Part shown: in pieces, positions 1 through 7,813 of the stretch | Numbering within the stretch: the stretch's first letter is position 1 | How the letters are laid out: every line of letters begins with the position of its first letter | IMG/VR virus record: IMGVR_UViG_3300032216_001682 | Span: 1 to 33,619 of that record | Length of the DNA: 33,619 nt | Strand: one strand, 5' to 3' | Origin: a virus | Taxonomy: Duplodnaviria > Caudoviricetes | The notes under the pieces: model-generated | The model's input: the letters and a program-made list of their open reading frames with translations, nothing else | Told to the model about the DNA's origin: nothing | The model's database searches: none | Position numbers and translations under genes: made by a program

Positions 1-123
1 CATGCGCAATGACCGTTTCGGCGCCCCCATGGCTTCCAACGAAGCTGTCCCACGCCAAGCGCTCAGCAGCCCCGACGCTGTGCGCCAAGTGGTGCGGTCC
101 AGCCTTCAAGGCATTGACGACGC
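1..123 (+). repeat. Terminal direct repeat, identical to 33497-33619 (circular assembly overlap)
   Basis: catgcgcaatgacc...gcattgacgacgc is present at both ends and lies within a CDS. Confidence 0.97.
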
Positions 124-781
124 CCGCACGGCACGCAACCCCAACGTCAACCCGGATGTGTTGCTTGAGCAGCACCGCAATATGATGAGCGCGCTGCGCG
201 GGCAGTTTGTTGAAAATATGATGAAGGCGGCTCAAACCACGGCTGTGTTTACCAATTCAGGCGGAAATACGCAGCTCGGTTTAAACATCAAAAAATTCAA
301 TGATTTTGTGAGAGACAACAACCGCATTGCCCAGGAGCTTTTTGAGCCACACCAATATCAGCAGCTTTCGCGCATCGCCTCCGATTTTGCAGAGGGCAGC
401 ATGGCGGCAAACACCGGCGCCACGCGCAACAGCCAGACCGCGCAGAACATGAGCGTGGCCAATATGCTGTCACGGGTGAGCAATGGCATGATTAACTCGG
501 ATAATCCCACGGCGAGGCAGTTTGGCAGCCTGGGTGGGTTGCTCAAGATTGCATACGCGACACCAGAGGCGGCCATGCGCGACATGCTGACGCGATCCAT
601 GACCGATCCCGAGTTCGCCCAGATGATCCTCGCACGGGCCACCCCGGAGGCCATGCAGCGGGTGGTGACGCGCTTGGAGCTGAATGGCGTTCAGCAGCTG
701 CAGCGCGCGGCGACCGGCGCGGCGTTGCGGCAGACTACCCGAACAGCAGGCGCGCTAGAGCAGCCCCCGCAAGAGCCATAA
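2..781 (+). CDS. C-terminal 259 aa of the large internal virion/ejection protein that starts at 31914
   Basis: The ATG at position 2 corresponds to the ATG at 33498, which is in frame with the ATG at 31914. The sequence is helical and A/Q/N-rich, and the gene precedes the tail fibre. Confidence 0.8.
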   Translation: MRNDRFGAPMASNEAVPRQALSSPDAVRQVVRSSLQGIDDARTARNPNVNPDVLLEQHRNMMSALRGQFVENMMKAAQTTAVFTNSGGNTQLGLNIKKFNDFVRDNNRIAQELFEPHQYQQLSRIASDFAEGSMAANTGATRNSQTAQNMSVANMLSRVSNGMINSDNPTARQFGSLGGLLKIAYATPEAAMRDMLTRSMTDPEFAQMILARATPEAMQRVVTRLELNGVQQLQRAATGAALRQTTRTAGALEQPPQEP

Positions 782-824
782 CAAGGGCGCCAGCGCCCCT
801 TAGAATAAACACAGCCGGTTCCAT

Positions 825-856
825 GCCTGCCATCCTACCGGGTGCGCGGGCTTTTT
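825..856 (+). terminator. Intrinsic terminator-like hairpin before the tail fibre gene
   Basis: GCCTGC-CATCC-tacc-GGGTG-c-GCGGGC followed by TTTTT. Confidence 0.6.
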
Positions 857-870
857 GCATGAGGTAATTG

Positions 871-2595
871 ATGCCCCGTTCCGCGTCCACCGGCGTCTAT
901 ACGGCGCCGAGCAATACCTTCAATCCTGCGGTGACGAATACCACCATCAGCAGCACGGCCTGGAACGCCACGCAGGCGGATTATGTGACTGCGCTGGCCC
1001 ATACTGCCAGCACGACGCGCGCGCTGTATCCCACGACCGCCCAGGTGCAAGACGGCGCGCTTTTGTGGGGCGGCACGGCCGGCGGCACGGCGGATGCGCT
1101 GACGATCACGCTGACGCCGGCCATTACCGCCTATGTCACGGGGCAGGTTTTTCAGTTTGTGGCATCCGCAGCTAACGCCACCACGACGCCTACAATAAAC
1201 GTCAATTCGCTGGGCGCAAAATCAATCAAGCGGCAAAATGGCGCCACGATACAGCCCGGCGACATTCCATCTGGCGCCTTGGTGCAGGCGGCGTACAACG
1301 GAACAGATTTTTTACTGACTAGCGTGACGGCAGTGCAGGCCGCTTCTGGCGGCGTGTTGTGGGGCGGAACGGCGGGCGGTACAGCGGATGCGCTGACGCT
1401 TACGTTAACGCCAGCAATTGCGTCCTATACCACGGGCCAAGTGTTCCAGTTTGTGGCATCAGCTACCAACGCAACCACAACACCCACAATTAATATAAAT
1501 TCTGCTGGCGTTAAAACGATCAAGCGCCAGTCTGGCGCTGCAATGCAATCTGGCGATATTGCATCCGGCGCCTTGGTTCAAATTGCTTATAACGGCACAG
1601 ACTTTTTGTTAACCAGCATAACTGCAGCTCAAGCAGTTAATATAGGTATTATACCATATGTCGCAAGAACCAGCAACACGTTATTGACTGCTTCAGACCG
1701 CGGCTATTTGATTGACGTTACGTCTGGAACTTTCACGCAGACATTTGCGGCTTGCACGGCGCTTGGTTCTGGGTGGAGCATATACCTCCGAAACAGCGGC
1801 ACGGGAGACATTACGCTTGACCCGAACGGCGCTGAGACGATTGACGGCCTTGCCACGTTTATCGTGTATCCTGGCGAAGTGCGGATAATCCAGTGCGATG
1901 GCACCGCGCTACGGTCTGTAGTGGTGCAGCCATTTTCCAGGCAATTTGACGCAAGCGGCACATTTACCAAGCCACCAGGTTATTTGCAATTTGGTGTGCG
2001 AGCGTGGAGTGGCGGCAGCAGTGGCGAAAAGCGATCAACCGTCGGTGCCTACGGAGGCGGCGGCGGCGGGTGTGGTGATTTTCTTCTTCTTGCTAGTACG
2101 GTTGGAACGACAGAGACGGTGACAATTGGCGCGGGCGGCGTTGCTGTGACCGCTGCCAATACAAATGGAAATTTTGGTGGAGACACGACGCTTGGCTCAC
2201 TTGTGACAGTTTACGGGCCTAAAGATGCTCATTATAGAGGCGGAGGTATATTCAGTACATCTAACAGTACTGGGCGACAAGCGTTTGGTTTTGAGGGTGC
2301 TACTAGTGGCTCTACGGCGGCCCTCAATAGTGCAGTTTACGGTGGATCGGCAGCTAATAATACTATTGCGTCTGGGACAAGTGTTTTTGGCGGGGCTGCC
2401 GGCGGAAGTATTACTGCCGCTTCGGCAATTTTAGCTGCTGGAACAAGTATTTACGGAGGAAACGGCGGCGCTGCGTCCGTTGCTTCTTCGGGCACGGCCG
2501 GCACTCAGCCGGGCGGCGGTGGCGGGGCAACAGTAACCGGCACGGCATCTGGCGCAGGTGCAGCGGGCGCAATGCGCATCTGGGGGCTGACATAA
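871..2595 (+). CDS. Tail fibre / receptor-binding protein with a tandem 98-aa duplication and Gly-rich C-terminus
   Basis: GAGGT SD before the ATG at 871. N-terminus MPRSASTGVYTAP resembles podovirus fibre anchors. It contains two copies of a WGGTAGGTADALT...YNGTDFLLTS module and a Gly-rich tip (GGGGGG, PGGGGGA). Confidence 0.8.
   Translation: MPRSASTGVYTAPSNTFNPAVTNTTISSTAWNATQADYVTALAHTASTTRALYPTTAQVQDGALLWGGTAGGTADALTITLTPAITAYVTGQVFQFVASAANATTTPTINVNSLGAKSIKRQNGATIQPGDIPSGALVQAAYNGTDFLLTSVTAVQAASGGVLWGGTAGGTADALTLTLTPAIASYTTGQVFQFVASATNATTTPTININSAGVKTIKRQSGAAMQSGDIASGALVQIAYNGTDFLLTSITAAQAVNIGIIPYVARTSNTLLTASDRGYLIDVTSGTFTQTFAACTALGSGWSIYLRNSGTGDITLDPNGAETIDGLATFIVYPGEVRIIQCDGTALRSVVVQPFSRQFDASGTFTKPPGYLQFGVRAWSGGSSGEKRSTVGAYGGGGGGCGDFLLLASTVGTTETVTIGAGGVAVTAANTNGNFGGDTTLGSLVTVYGPKDAHYRGGGIFSTSNSTGRQAFGFEGATSGSTAALNSAVYGGSAANNTIASGTSVFGGAAGGSITAASAILAAGTSIYGGNGGAASVASSGTAGTQPGGGGGATVTGTASGAGAAGAMRIWGLT
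1054..1641 (+). repeat. Two-copy 294-bp intragenic tandem duplication (1054-1347 and 1348-1641)
   Basis: GALLWGGTAGGTADALTITLTPAI... aligns without gaps to GGVLWGGTAGGTADALTLTLTPAI... Confidence 0.9.
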
Positions 2596-2993
2596 TGAAT
2601 TACGCCATCCTCGACGCGGGCAGCGTCGTCATCAACATCGCAGTGGCCGACGACAGCTGGGAGCCCGGCGAGGGCCTAACCAAGCGCGAGGCCACGGCCG
2701 GCTGCGAAATTGGCTGCCGCTGGACAGGCAGCGGGTGGGAGCCAAAGCCCGTCCCGCCTGCGCCTGTGCCCGAGGCCATTACGCCGCTACAGGCTCGCCG
2801 CGCGCTGCGTGCTGCTGATCTTCTAAATGCCGTCAACGCCTGGATCGCAACCCAGCCGGACGACGCGCAAGAGGCGTGGGAATACTGCATCGAAGTGCGG
2901 CGGGACAGCCCGCTTATTGCCGGCGCGCAGGAGGGGCTGGGCCTGACTGGTGAGCAGGTGGACGACCTGTTCCGGGCAGGGGCCGCGCTGTGA
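2595..2993 (+). CDS. Putative tail fibre assembly/chaperone protein
   Basis: Coupled to the fibre gene (TAATG). It has VPEAITPLQARRAL...AWEY...VDDLFRAGAAL, typical of genes that follow fibre genes. Confidence 0.65.
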   Translation: MNYAILDAGSVVINIAVADDSWEPGEGLTKREATAGCEIGCRWTGSGWEPKPVPPAPVPEAITPLQARRALRAADLLNAVNAWIATQPDDAQEAWEYCIEVRRDSPLIAGAQEGLGLTGEQVDDLFRAGAAL

Positions 2994-3199
2994 GCCCGGG
3001 CGACCTTAGCCTCCTGAATAGGATCGCTGAGAGCAGCCCGGTTGTCGTCCTGATCCTCAGCGTCGCCTGCACCGTCCTTTGGCGCACGCTGCGGGAAGAG
3101 ATGCGCGAGTGGCGCAACATCGCTGCGGCCAATTCTGAGGCCGTCCATGCCCTGACTATCGCCGTGGACAGGCTGCGCGAGAAAATTGACGGGCCGTAA
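2990..3199 (+). CDS. Small single-TM plus coiled-coil protein (holin-like or lysis-associated)
   Basis: GTGA overlap with the previous gene. Hydrophobic PVVVLILSVACTVLW is followed by an amphipathic helix. Confidence 0.5.
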   Translation: MSPGDLSLLNRIAESSPVVVLILSVACTVLWRTLREEMREWRNIAAANSEAVHALTIAVDRLREKIDGP

Positions 3200-3237
3200 G
3201 GCTGCGCGCGACTGGGCGGGTTTACCGCGGGCGGTGA

Positions 3238-3555
3238 TCAGGCTTCGGGAGCGAGAGCCTGGCGCACCGCGTCGGGGTTCTTCTCAATAACCTGCAGCAG
3301 CACGCGCGCTGCCGGGTCTGGCTTTCGGCGCCCCTGCTCCCAGTTGTTCATCGTCGCTGCCGGAATGCCAAATTGGGTCTCAAAGTCCCTGGTGGAGCGG
3401 GCCGCCTTTCGCCGGATGGCGCGGATGCGGTAAGCTGGCATCGGGTCAACATGAACGACCTCAAGCGCCAGTTCGCCCCGCTTCCACGCCACAGCTTCCT
3501 GCAATCCCTCAATCAGGCCGTCAGCGAAAGTTGGCTCAGCCTCATCCATTGCCAT
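3238..3555 (-). CDS. higA: HigA-type antitoxin (XRE HTH)
   Basis: LIEGLQEAVAW N-terminus and HTH with TMNNWEQGRRKPDPAARVLLQVIEKNPDAV. It lies downstream of, and overlaps, the toxin gene. Confidence 0.88.
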   Translation of the reverse strand: MAMDEAEPTFADGLIEGLQEAVAWKRGELALEVVHVDPMPAYRIRAIRRKAARSTRDFETQFGIPAATMNNWEQGRRKPDPAARVLLQVIEKNPDAVRQALAPEA

Positions 3556-3871
3556 CGGTCAGTTCCTTTATGAGCGCCAGTGCGTTCTTGCGTTGGTCAG
3601 GAGTCAAATCGGTTTGCTCAGCCTTTGAGTAGGCGCGGATCATAAAGGCCGTATCGCGGGCCATGATCAGCACGTAGACGGCACGGCCACCGCCGCGCTT
3701 GCCTTTGTTGCCCAAGGCGAAGCGCAGCTTGCGCAGACCGTCCAGGCCAGGAACCACGTCGCCCGCCTGAGGATTTTGAGCAATAGCCTGCATGAGGCGG
3801 TCCATGTCCCTAGCGTTTGCGCCCATCCGCTGCATGTCTTTCATGAAGCGGGGCATCGGAATGATATCCAT
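3542..3871 (-). CDS. higB: HigB/RelE-family mRNA interferase toxin
   Basis: NPQAGDVVPGLDGLRKLRF...GKRGGGRAVY...YSKAEQTDLT. GGAG SD before the ATG at 3871. Toxin-first gene order. Confidence 0.88.
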   Translation of the reverse strand: MDIIPMPRFMKDMQRMGANARDMDRLMQAIAQNPQAGDVVPGLDGLRKLRFALGNKGKRGGGRAVYVLIMARDTAFMIRAYSKAEQTDLTPDQRKNALALIKELTDGNG

Positions 3872-3881
3872 GTGGCTCCAA

Positions 3882-3929
3882 TATGCCAATGGCGCAGTTT
3901 TGTCCATCCTAAATTACGCCAATGGCGTA
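3882..3929. promoter_or_regulatory. Two 15-bp palindromic operators, probably HigA autoregulatory sites
   Basis: TATGCCAATGGCGCA (3882-3896) and the perfect palindrome TACGCCAATGGCGTA (3915-3929) flank a minus-strand TGGACA -35-like hexamer. Confidence 0.75.
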
Positions 3930-3945
3930 TTTTGTGGAGTTCCCG

Positions 3946-5031
3946 ATGGCACCGAAATCTCTACCGGAAGCCCTGTGCCGTGAGGCATGGGAGGCTGTAG
4001 CCACGACCGGCACATTAGCGGCCGCAGCTCGCAAATTGGATGAGCATCGAGAAACCGTCAAACACCGCTATCACGAAGGCATCAGGCGTTTTGGCTGGGA
4101 TGACGTGCTGCGCTCGGCCTTTTCGGCCAAGGCGTATAAAGAGCAGCCGCGCTTTACGCCACCAGAACTGGCGGATGCCTCAGAGGATATTGAGGCGTGG
4201 CTTGACCGCCGGGAAAGTGAGTTTGCCCGCAAGAAGGCGGCCGGCGATGCTCGCGAGTGGATGGAGTTTACAATCACCGAAAACGCGCCGTTCGCTCTGG
4301 TTTTTGTGGGCGACCCGCACGGCGACGACGATGGATGCGACATTTCCCTATTGCGCCGGCATGTCGCGCTGATTGAGCGCACGCCCGGCATGTTTGGTGT
4401 CGGGATGGGTGACTGGGTAAATGCCTGGGTGGGCCGGCTTGAGCGCTTGTATGGCGAACAGGCCACGACCAAGGCCCAGGGCTGGCGGTTTGCTGAGTGG
4501 ATACTTGGCAAGGAATTTTGGCTGTTGATGCTGCTTGGCAACCATGACCTGTGGCATGGCGCCGGCAGCCCATTGCGCTGGATGTCGCGCGGCCACGCTG
4601 TCATGGCGGATTGGCAGGCGAAATTCCAAGTCCGGTGCGGCGATCAGGTTTGGCGCATCTGGGCCGCGCACGATTTTCCCGGCAGCAGCACATGGAACAG
4701 GCTGCATGCACCGGGGAAACGGGCGGCCCTTACCGGGCATGATGCTGACCTGTTCATTGCTGCGCACCGCCATTGTTTTGGCCTGGCAGAGCAGCAGGAC
4801 GAACATACTGGCCGCGTGTCATGGCTGGCGCGGGCCAAGGGCTACAAGGTGGCCGACACCTATGCCGCCAATCTTGGCTATGGCCAGGCGCAGGATCGCG
4901 GCCATTCCATCGTTGCCGTCTGCGACCCAGCAACTGGGCGGATGACCTGCTTTTCGGATGTGGAGGAGGCGGCACGCTACCTGACTTGGCTGCGGCGCCC
5001 ACGGGTGCGAGTGCCGGCGGTGGCGGCATGA
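3946..5031 (+). CDS. N-terminal HTH fused to a calcineurin-like metallophosphoesterase
   Basis: Motifs GDPH, GDWVN, GNHD, AHD and AHRH occur in canonical order. HTH-like TLAAAARKLDEHRETVKHRY at the N-terminus. GGAG SD before the ATG at 3946. Confidence 0.8.
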   Translation: MAPKSLPEALCREAWEAVATTGTLAAAARKLDEHRETVKHRYHEGIRRFGWDDVLRSAFSAKAYKEQPRFTPPELADASEDIEAWLDRRESEFARKKAAGDAREWMEFTITENAPFALVFVGDPHGDDDGCDISLLRRHVALIERTPGMFGVGMGDWVNAWVGRLERLYGEQATTKAQGWRFAEWILGKEFWLLMLLGNHDLWHGAGSPLRWMSRGHAVMADWQAKFQVRCGDQVWRIWAAHDFPGSSTWNRLHAPGKRAALTGHDADLFIAAHRHCFGLAEQQDEHTGRVSWLARAKGYKVADTYAANLGYGQAQDRGHSIVAVCDPATGRMTCFSDVEEAARYLTWLRRPRVRVPAVAA

Positions 5032-5237
5032 GCAAGTCCGTTTCCCGCAGCCCGCTCTACGCCGCCGCAGAGGCCGCTGTAGAGCGCGGCGCAACCGTCG
5101 CGCTGCTGACATACCTCGATGACGAGGGCGCACTGCATGTGGTGCCCATCGGCGACTCAAACACCAGCCCGATCATGTTTGCCGGGATGCTCGCGCATGC
5201 ACAGCTTTTGATGCTGATGGGAGACGACGACGAATGA
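5028..5237 (+). CDS. Hypothetical protein (69 aa, MSKSVSRS...)
   Basis: ATGA overlaps with the neighbouring genes at both ends. Confidence 0.65.
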   Translation: MSKSVSRSPLYAAAEAAVERGATVALLTYLDDEGALHVVPIGDSNTSPIMFAGMLAHAQLLMLMGDDDE

Positions 5238-5392
5238 AGGCATATCTGAAGGCCCGCCTGTGCGAGGCCAGCAGCTGGAACGCGGTTTTGGGGGTGGTGA
5301 TGGCAAGCTATATGCTGCCGCCGCCCTGGGCGTGGCTCGCCCTGGCCGCTGGCGTGGCCGGCGTGATGCTGCCGGACGGCGGCAAGCCATGA
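5234..5392 (+). CDS. Putative holin, 52 aa (not in the ORF track)
   Basis: MKAYLKARLCEASSWNAVLGVVMASYMLPPPWAWLALAAGVAGVMLPDGGKP has two hydrophobic segments and an RLxExSxW motif, with ATGA coupling on both sides. Confidence 0.65.
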   Translation: MKAYLKARLCEASSWNAVLGVVMASYMLPPPWAWLALAAGVAGVMLPDGGKP

Positions 5393-5622
5393 TGGCGCTG
5401 CTGGCCTTGGTGCCGCTGCGCGTGGGCATCGCGGTGGGTGCGGCCATGGCTGTGATGGCTGCGCTGGCCTGGCTGCGTGTGGATGCGGCGCACGACGCGC
5501 GGCAGGCGGTGGCGGTGGAAGCCGCGCGACATGAACAGGAGCGACGACATGAAGCCGAAACCGCTGCTCGCGCTGCTGAGCGCGATAGTGCTGCTGACCG
5601 CCTGCGCGCCGGGCATTTCTAG
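5389..5622 (+). CDS. Inner-membrane spanin (Rz-like)
   Basis: N-terminal TM followed by a charged helical domain. It overlaps the lipoprotein gene. Confidence 0.7.
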   Translation: MMALLALVPLRVGIAVGAAMAVMAALAWLRVDAAHDARQAVAVEAARHEQERRHEAETAARAAERDSAADRLRAGHF

Positions 5623-5764
5623 CCGGCCCTGCCCTCGGGTGTCGGAATTTCCAGCCGCGCAGCAGGCTCAGGCGGCGGTGGAGATCGAAGGCCGACCGGC
5701 CATCACCAGCATGATGCAGGCGATGGCGGCGGATCGGGCGTATAATAGAGAGGTGTGCCGATGA
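5549..5764 (+). CDS. Outer-membrane spanin lipoprotein (Rz1-like)
   Basis: AGGAG SD, MKPKPLLALLSAIVLLTA-C lipobox, and a start inside the Rz-like gene in another frame. Confidence 0.8.
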   Translation: MKPKPLLALLSAIVLLTACAPGISSRPCPRVSEFPAAQQAQAAVEIEGRPAITSMMQAMAADRAYNREVCR

Positions 5765-6402
5765 GGCTACTATCCTGGGCGCTTGCCACTATCCGGGGCA
5801 AGGCCCCGCCGCCGGGCTCCGACATCCTGGGCGCTGCCACGCTACCATGGACGGGCGGTGTGCCGGCCGAGGCGCTTGAGCTGTCGCACGCGCTGGAAGG
5901 GCTGCAGTTCAAGCCGTATACGGATGCCGGCGGCGTCTGGACAATCGGCTATGGCAGCACGCGCGACCTGGCCGGCAAGCCTGTCACGCCAGCCACGGGC
6001 GTAATCACCCAGGCGCAGGCCGAGGCTATGGCCGAGCGCGATCTGCAGCACGCTGCCCGGCTGGTGGCCGAGGCGTTCCCGCAGGGGTTGCCGGCGCGCT
6101 GGGCTGCGGCGCTGATCCTCATGGCCAACAATTTGGGCGACATCCGGCGATGGGGCGGTAGCCTAAAATTCATGGTGGACCACAAGCAATGGGGCGAGGC
6201 CGCCTACCAGATGCGGAAATACCGCATGGCCGCCGGCGTGCCGTTGCTGGGGCTGATCCGCCGCCGCTGGACTGAGGCCGCATACGCCAGCGGCTACAGC
6301 GCGGCCGAGGCCAAGCGTCGGGCCTGGGCGGAGATTAAAAGCCTGGACGACTGGCCCCGGCTGCCAGGCGATCCGAGGCCGGCCCAAAAGAACACGGCGT
6401 GA
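5761..6402 (+). CDS. Endolysin, GH24 phage lysozyme
   Basis: Catalytic E-x8-D-x5-T in LEGLQFKPYTDAGGVWTIGYG, plus a GLIRRRxxE motif. Confidence 0.9.
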   Translation: MRLLSWALATIRGKAPPPGSDILGAATLPWTGGVPAEALELSHALEGLQFKPYTDAGGVWTIGYGSTRDLAGKPVTPATGVITQAQAEAMAERDLQHAARLVAEAFPQGLPARWAAALILMANNLGDIRRWGGSLKFMVDHKQWGEAAYQMRKYRMAAGVPLLGLIRRRWTEAAYASGYSAAEAKRRAWAEIKSLDDWPRLPGDPRPAQKNTA

Positions 6403-6438
6403 ATCTTGGTGTCTGCCAGGTGTCAGCGGCGGCGGTGC

Positions 6439-6453
6439 GTTCCGTTCCTGTTC
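6439..6453. promoter_or_regulatory. Alphaproteobacterial LexA (SOS) box
   Basis: GTTC-CGTTCCT-GTTC is an exact GTTC-N7-GTTC match in intergenic DNA. Confidence 0.55.
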
Positions 6454-6476
6454 TGCATTTCTTGTCATGGTAGGGG

Positions 6477-6505
6477 TTGCCAGTTCCCAGCCATATCGCT
6501 AGGAA
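6477..6505 (+). promoter_or_regulatory. Candidate sigma70 promoter for the tRNA half-gene
   Basis: TTGCCA-N17-TAGGAA ends 11 bp before the tRNA 5' end. Confidence 0.5.
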
Positions 6506-6516
6506 ATCCCTCGTTC

Positions 6517-6559
<43 letters not shown>

Positions 6560-6644
6560 CAGCGCGACCCGCAAGCCCCTGAAAATTAATAGCTTTATTG
6601 TGGCTTGCTGGATTTGGTGTCTAAATCTGCCTTTTTGGCTCAAA

Positions 6645-7658
6645 TCAGCCCGCCATTTTTCGGCTCTGAACATTCGGCACCAGCCCCCAGATCCTGCGGA
6701 TCTCGCCTTCGTGCCCCGCTGGCATAAGGTGCGCATATGTCTCGACCTGCTGCACTGTGGCCCAGCCGCCCTCAGTGCGCAGCAGCATCAAATCCCGCTC
6801 AATAGCGTAATGCCAGGATGCCCAGGTGTGGCGCAGGTCATGCACGCCGCGCAGCTCTACCTCGGCATTGCGCGCGGCAGTGGCCAGCGACTTCTTGATG
6901 TCAACGGCGCCGAACACTGGCCCCTCCCTATGCGGCAGGCTGGCCAGCATCGCCACGACTGCGGGCACCAGGCGCACGATGCGTTGCGTGCCGGCCTTGG
7001 TGGTGTCGGGCCATAGGCGGGCGATGCCACCCCGCAAATCCACGTCTGCCCAGTCCAGCAGGTAGGTTTCCCCGCGCCGGCAGCCGGTGGCCACATACCA
7101 TGTAATGAGCGGCGCCAGCCTGGGCGCGGCCTGGCGCAGCCCCTCTACCTCTGCCGGCAATAGGCATGGCGTGCGGCTTTTGGGCTGCCTCGGCGCCTCA
7201 AAGTGCGGCATATCGCACCAGCCCCGCCGCGCTGCGTGGGTCATTACGGCCCTAATCGGCACGATCACATTTCGCAGCTTGGTCGCTGGGCTGGCATGCG
7301 GCCGCAGCAGCGCGCGACATGCTCTGTCCACTTCAGCCTGGCCAATGGCGCTGAGCGGCGTCTCTCGAAAATGCCGCAGCAGCCGCGCCAGTAGGTCAAG
7401 TGTGCCTTTGCTGCGCTGTTCAAACTGGCGATAGCTGGCGCTGGCCTCTACCCACGACCGAGTGCCACGACGCGGCCCATGGTAGGCATCGCGGAGGATT
7501 TGCGCGGTAAGCGCGGCGGCTTCCTCATTTGCTGTTCGGCGGTCATCGCTGCCAGCTCTGCGGCGTATCCTGACCCCTTCTGTCGAGCCGGCGGGCGTAA
7601 CGGTGCCGGTGATCCAGAGACCTTCACGGCCCTCGCGGGCTCCGACTTTAAGCGGCAT
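6645..7658 (-). CDS. int: Tyrosine integrase
   Basis: TGCRRGE, TK, HDLRHTWASW, GGW and ETYAH motifs give the catalytic set R-K-H-R-W-Y. Confidence 0.95.
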   Translation of the reverse strand: MPLKVGAREGREGLWITGTVTPAGSTEGVRIRRRAGSDDRRTANEEAAALTAQILRDAYHGPRRGTRSWVEASASYRQFEQRSKGTLDLLARLLRHFRETPLSAIGQAEVDRACRALLRPHASPATKLRNVIVPIRAVMTHAARRGWCDMPHFEAPRQPKSRTPCLLPAEVEGLRQAAPRLAPLITWYVATGCRRGETYLLDWADVDLRGGIARLWPDTTKAGTQRIVRLVPAVVAMLASLPHREGPVFGAVDIKKSLATAARNAEVELRGVHDLRHTWASWHYAIERDLMLLRTEGGWATVQQVETYAHLMPAGHEGEIRRIWGLVPNVQSRKMAG

Positions 7659-7813
7659 GCGTCCTCCAGTGCGGCAATAGCGATGGCATCATAAATCACG
7701 GCTCGGCCTGGCCGCAGTACGGGAATGCCGTAGTCTTTTTCTAGGCGGTGCAGCGTGCGGGGATGGATGCGGTATTCGCGCGCCACCTCGGCGCGGGTCT
7801 GGCGCGCGCTCAT
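7448..7813 (-). CDS. Excisionase-like HTH protein overlapping the 5' end of int
   Basis: GGAGG SD; TRAEVAREYRIHPRTLHRL winged-HTH; immediately upstream of int. Confidence 0.65.
   Translation of the reverse strand: MSARQTRAEVAREYRIHPRTLHRLEKDYGIPVLRPGRAVIYDAIAIAALEDACRLKSEPARAVKVSGSPAPLRPPARQKGSGYAAELAAMTAEQQMRKPPRLPRKSSAMPTMGRVVALGRG

Noticed and set aside
1-123. Terminal repeat as a biological T7-like DTR
   Set aside because: It falls mid-gene and is best explained as assembler overlap of a circular contig.
1054-2595. Diversity-generating retroelement TR/VR pair in the fibre
   Set aside because: No reverse transcriptase gene is present. The duplicate is in-frame coding and its differences are not adenine-specific.
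6163-6468. Minus-strand ORF as a LexA-controlled antirepressor
   Set aside because: It overlaps the endolysin antisense, has no SD or recognisable motif, and contains the box inside its coding region.
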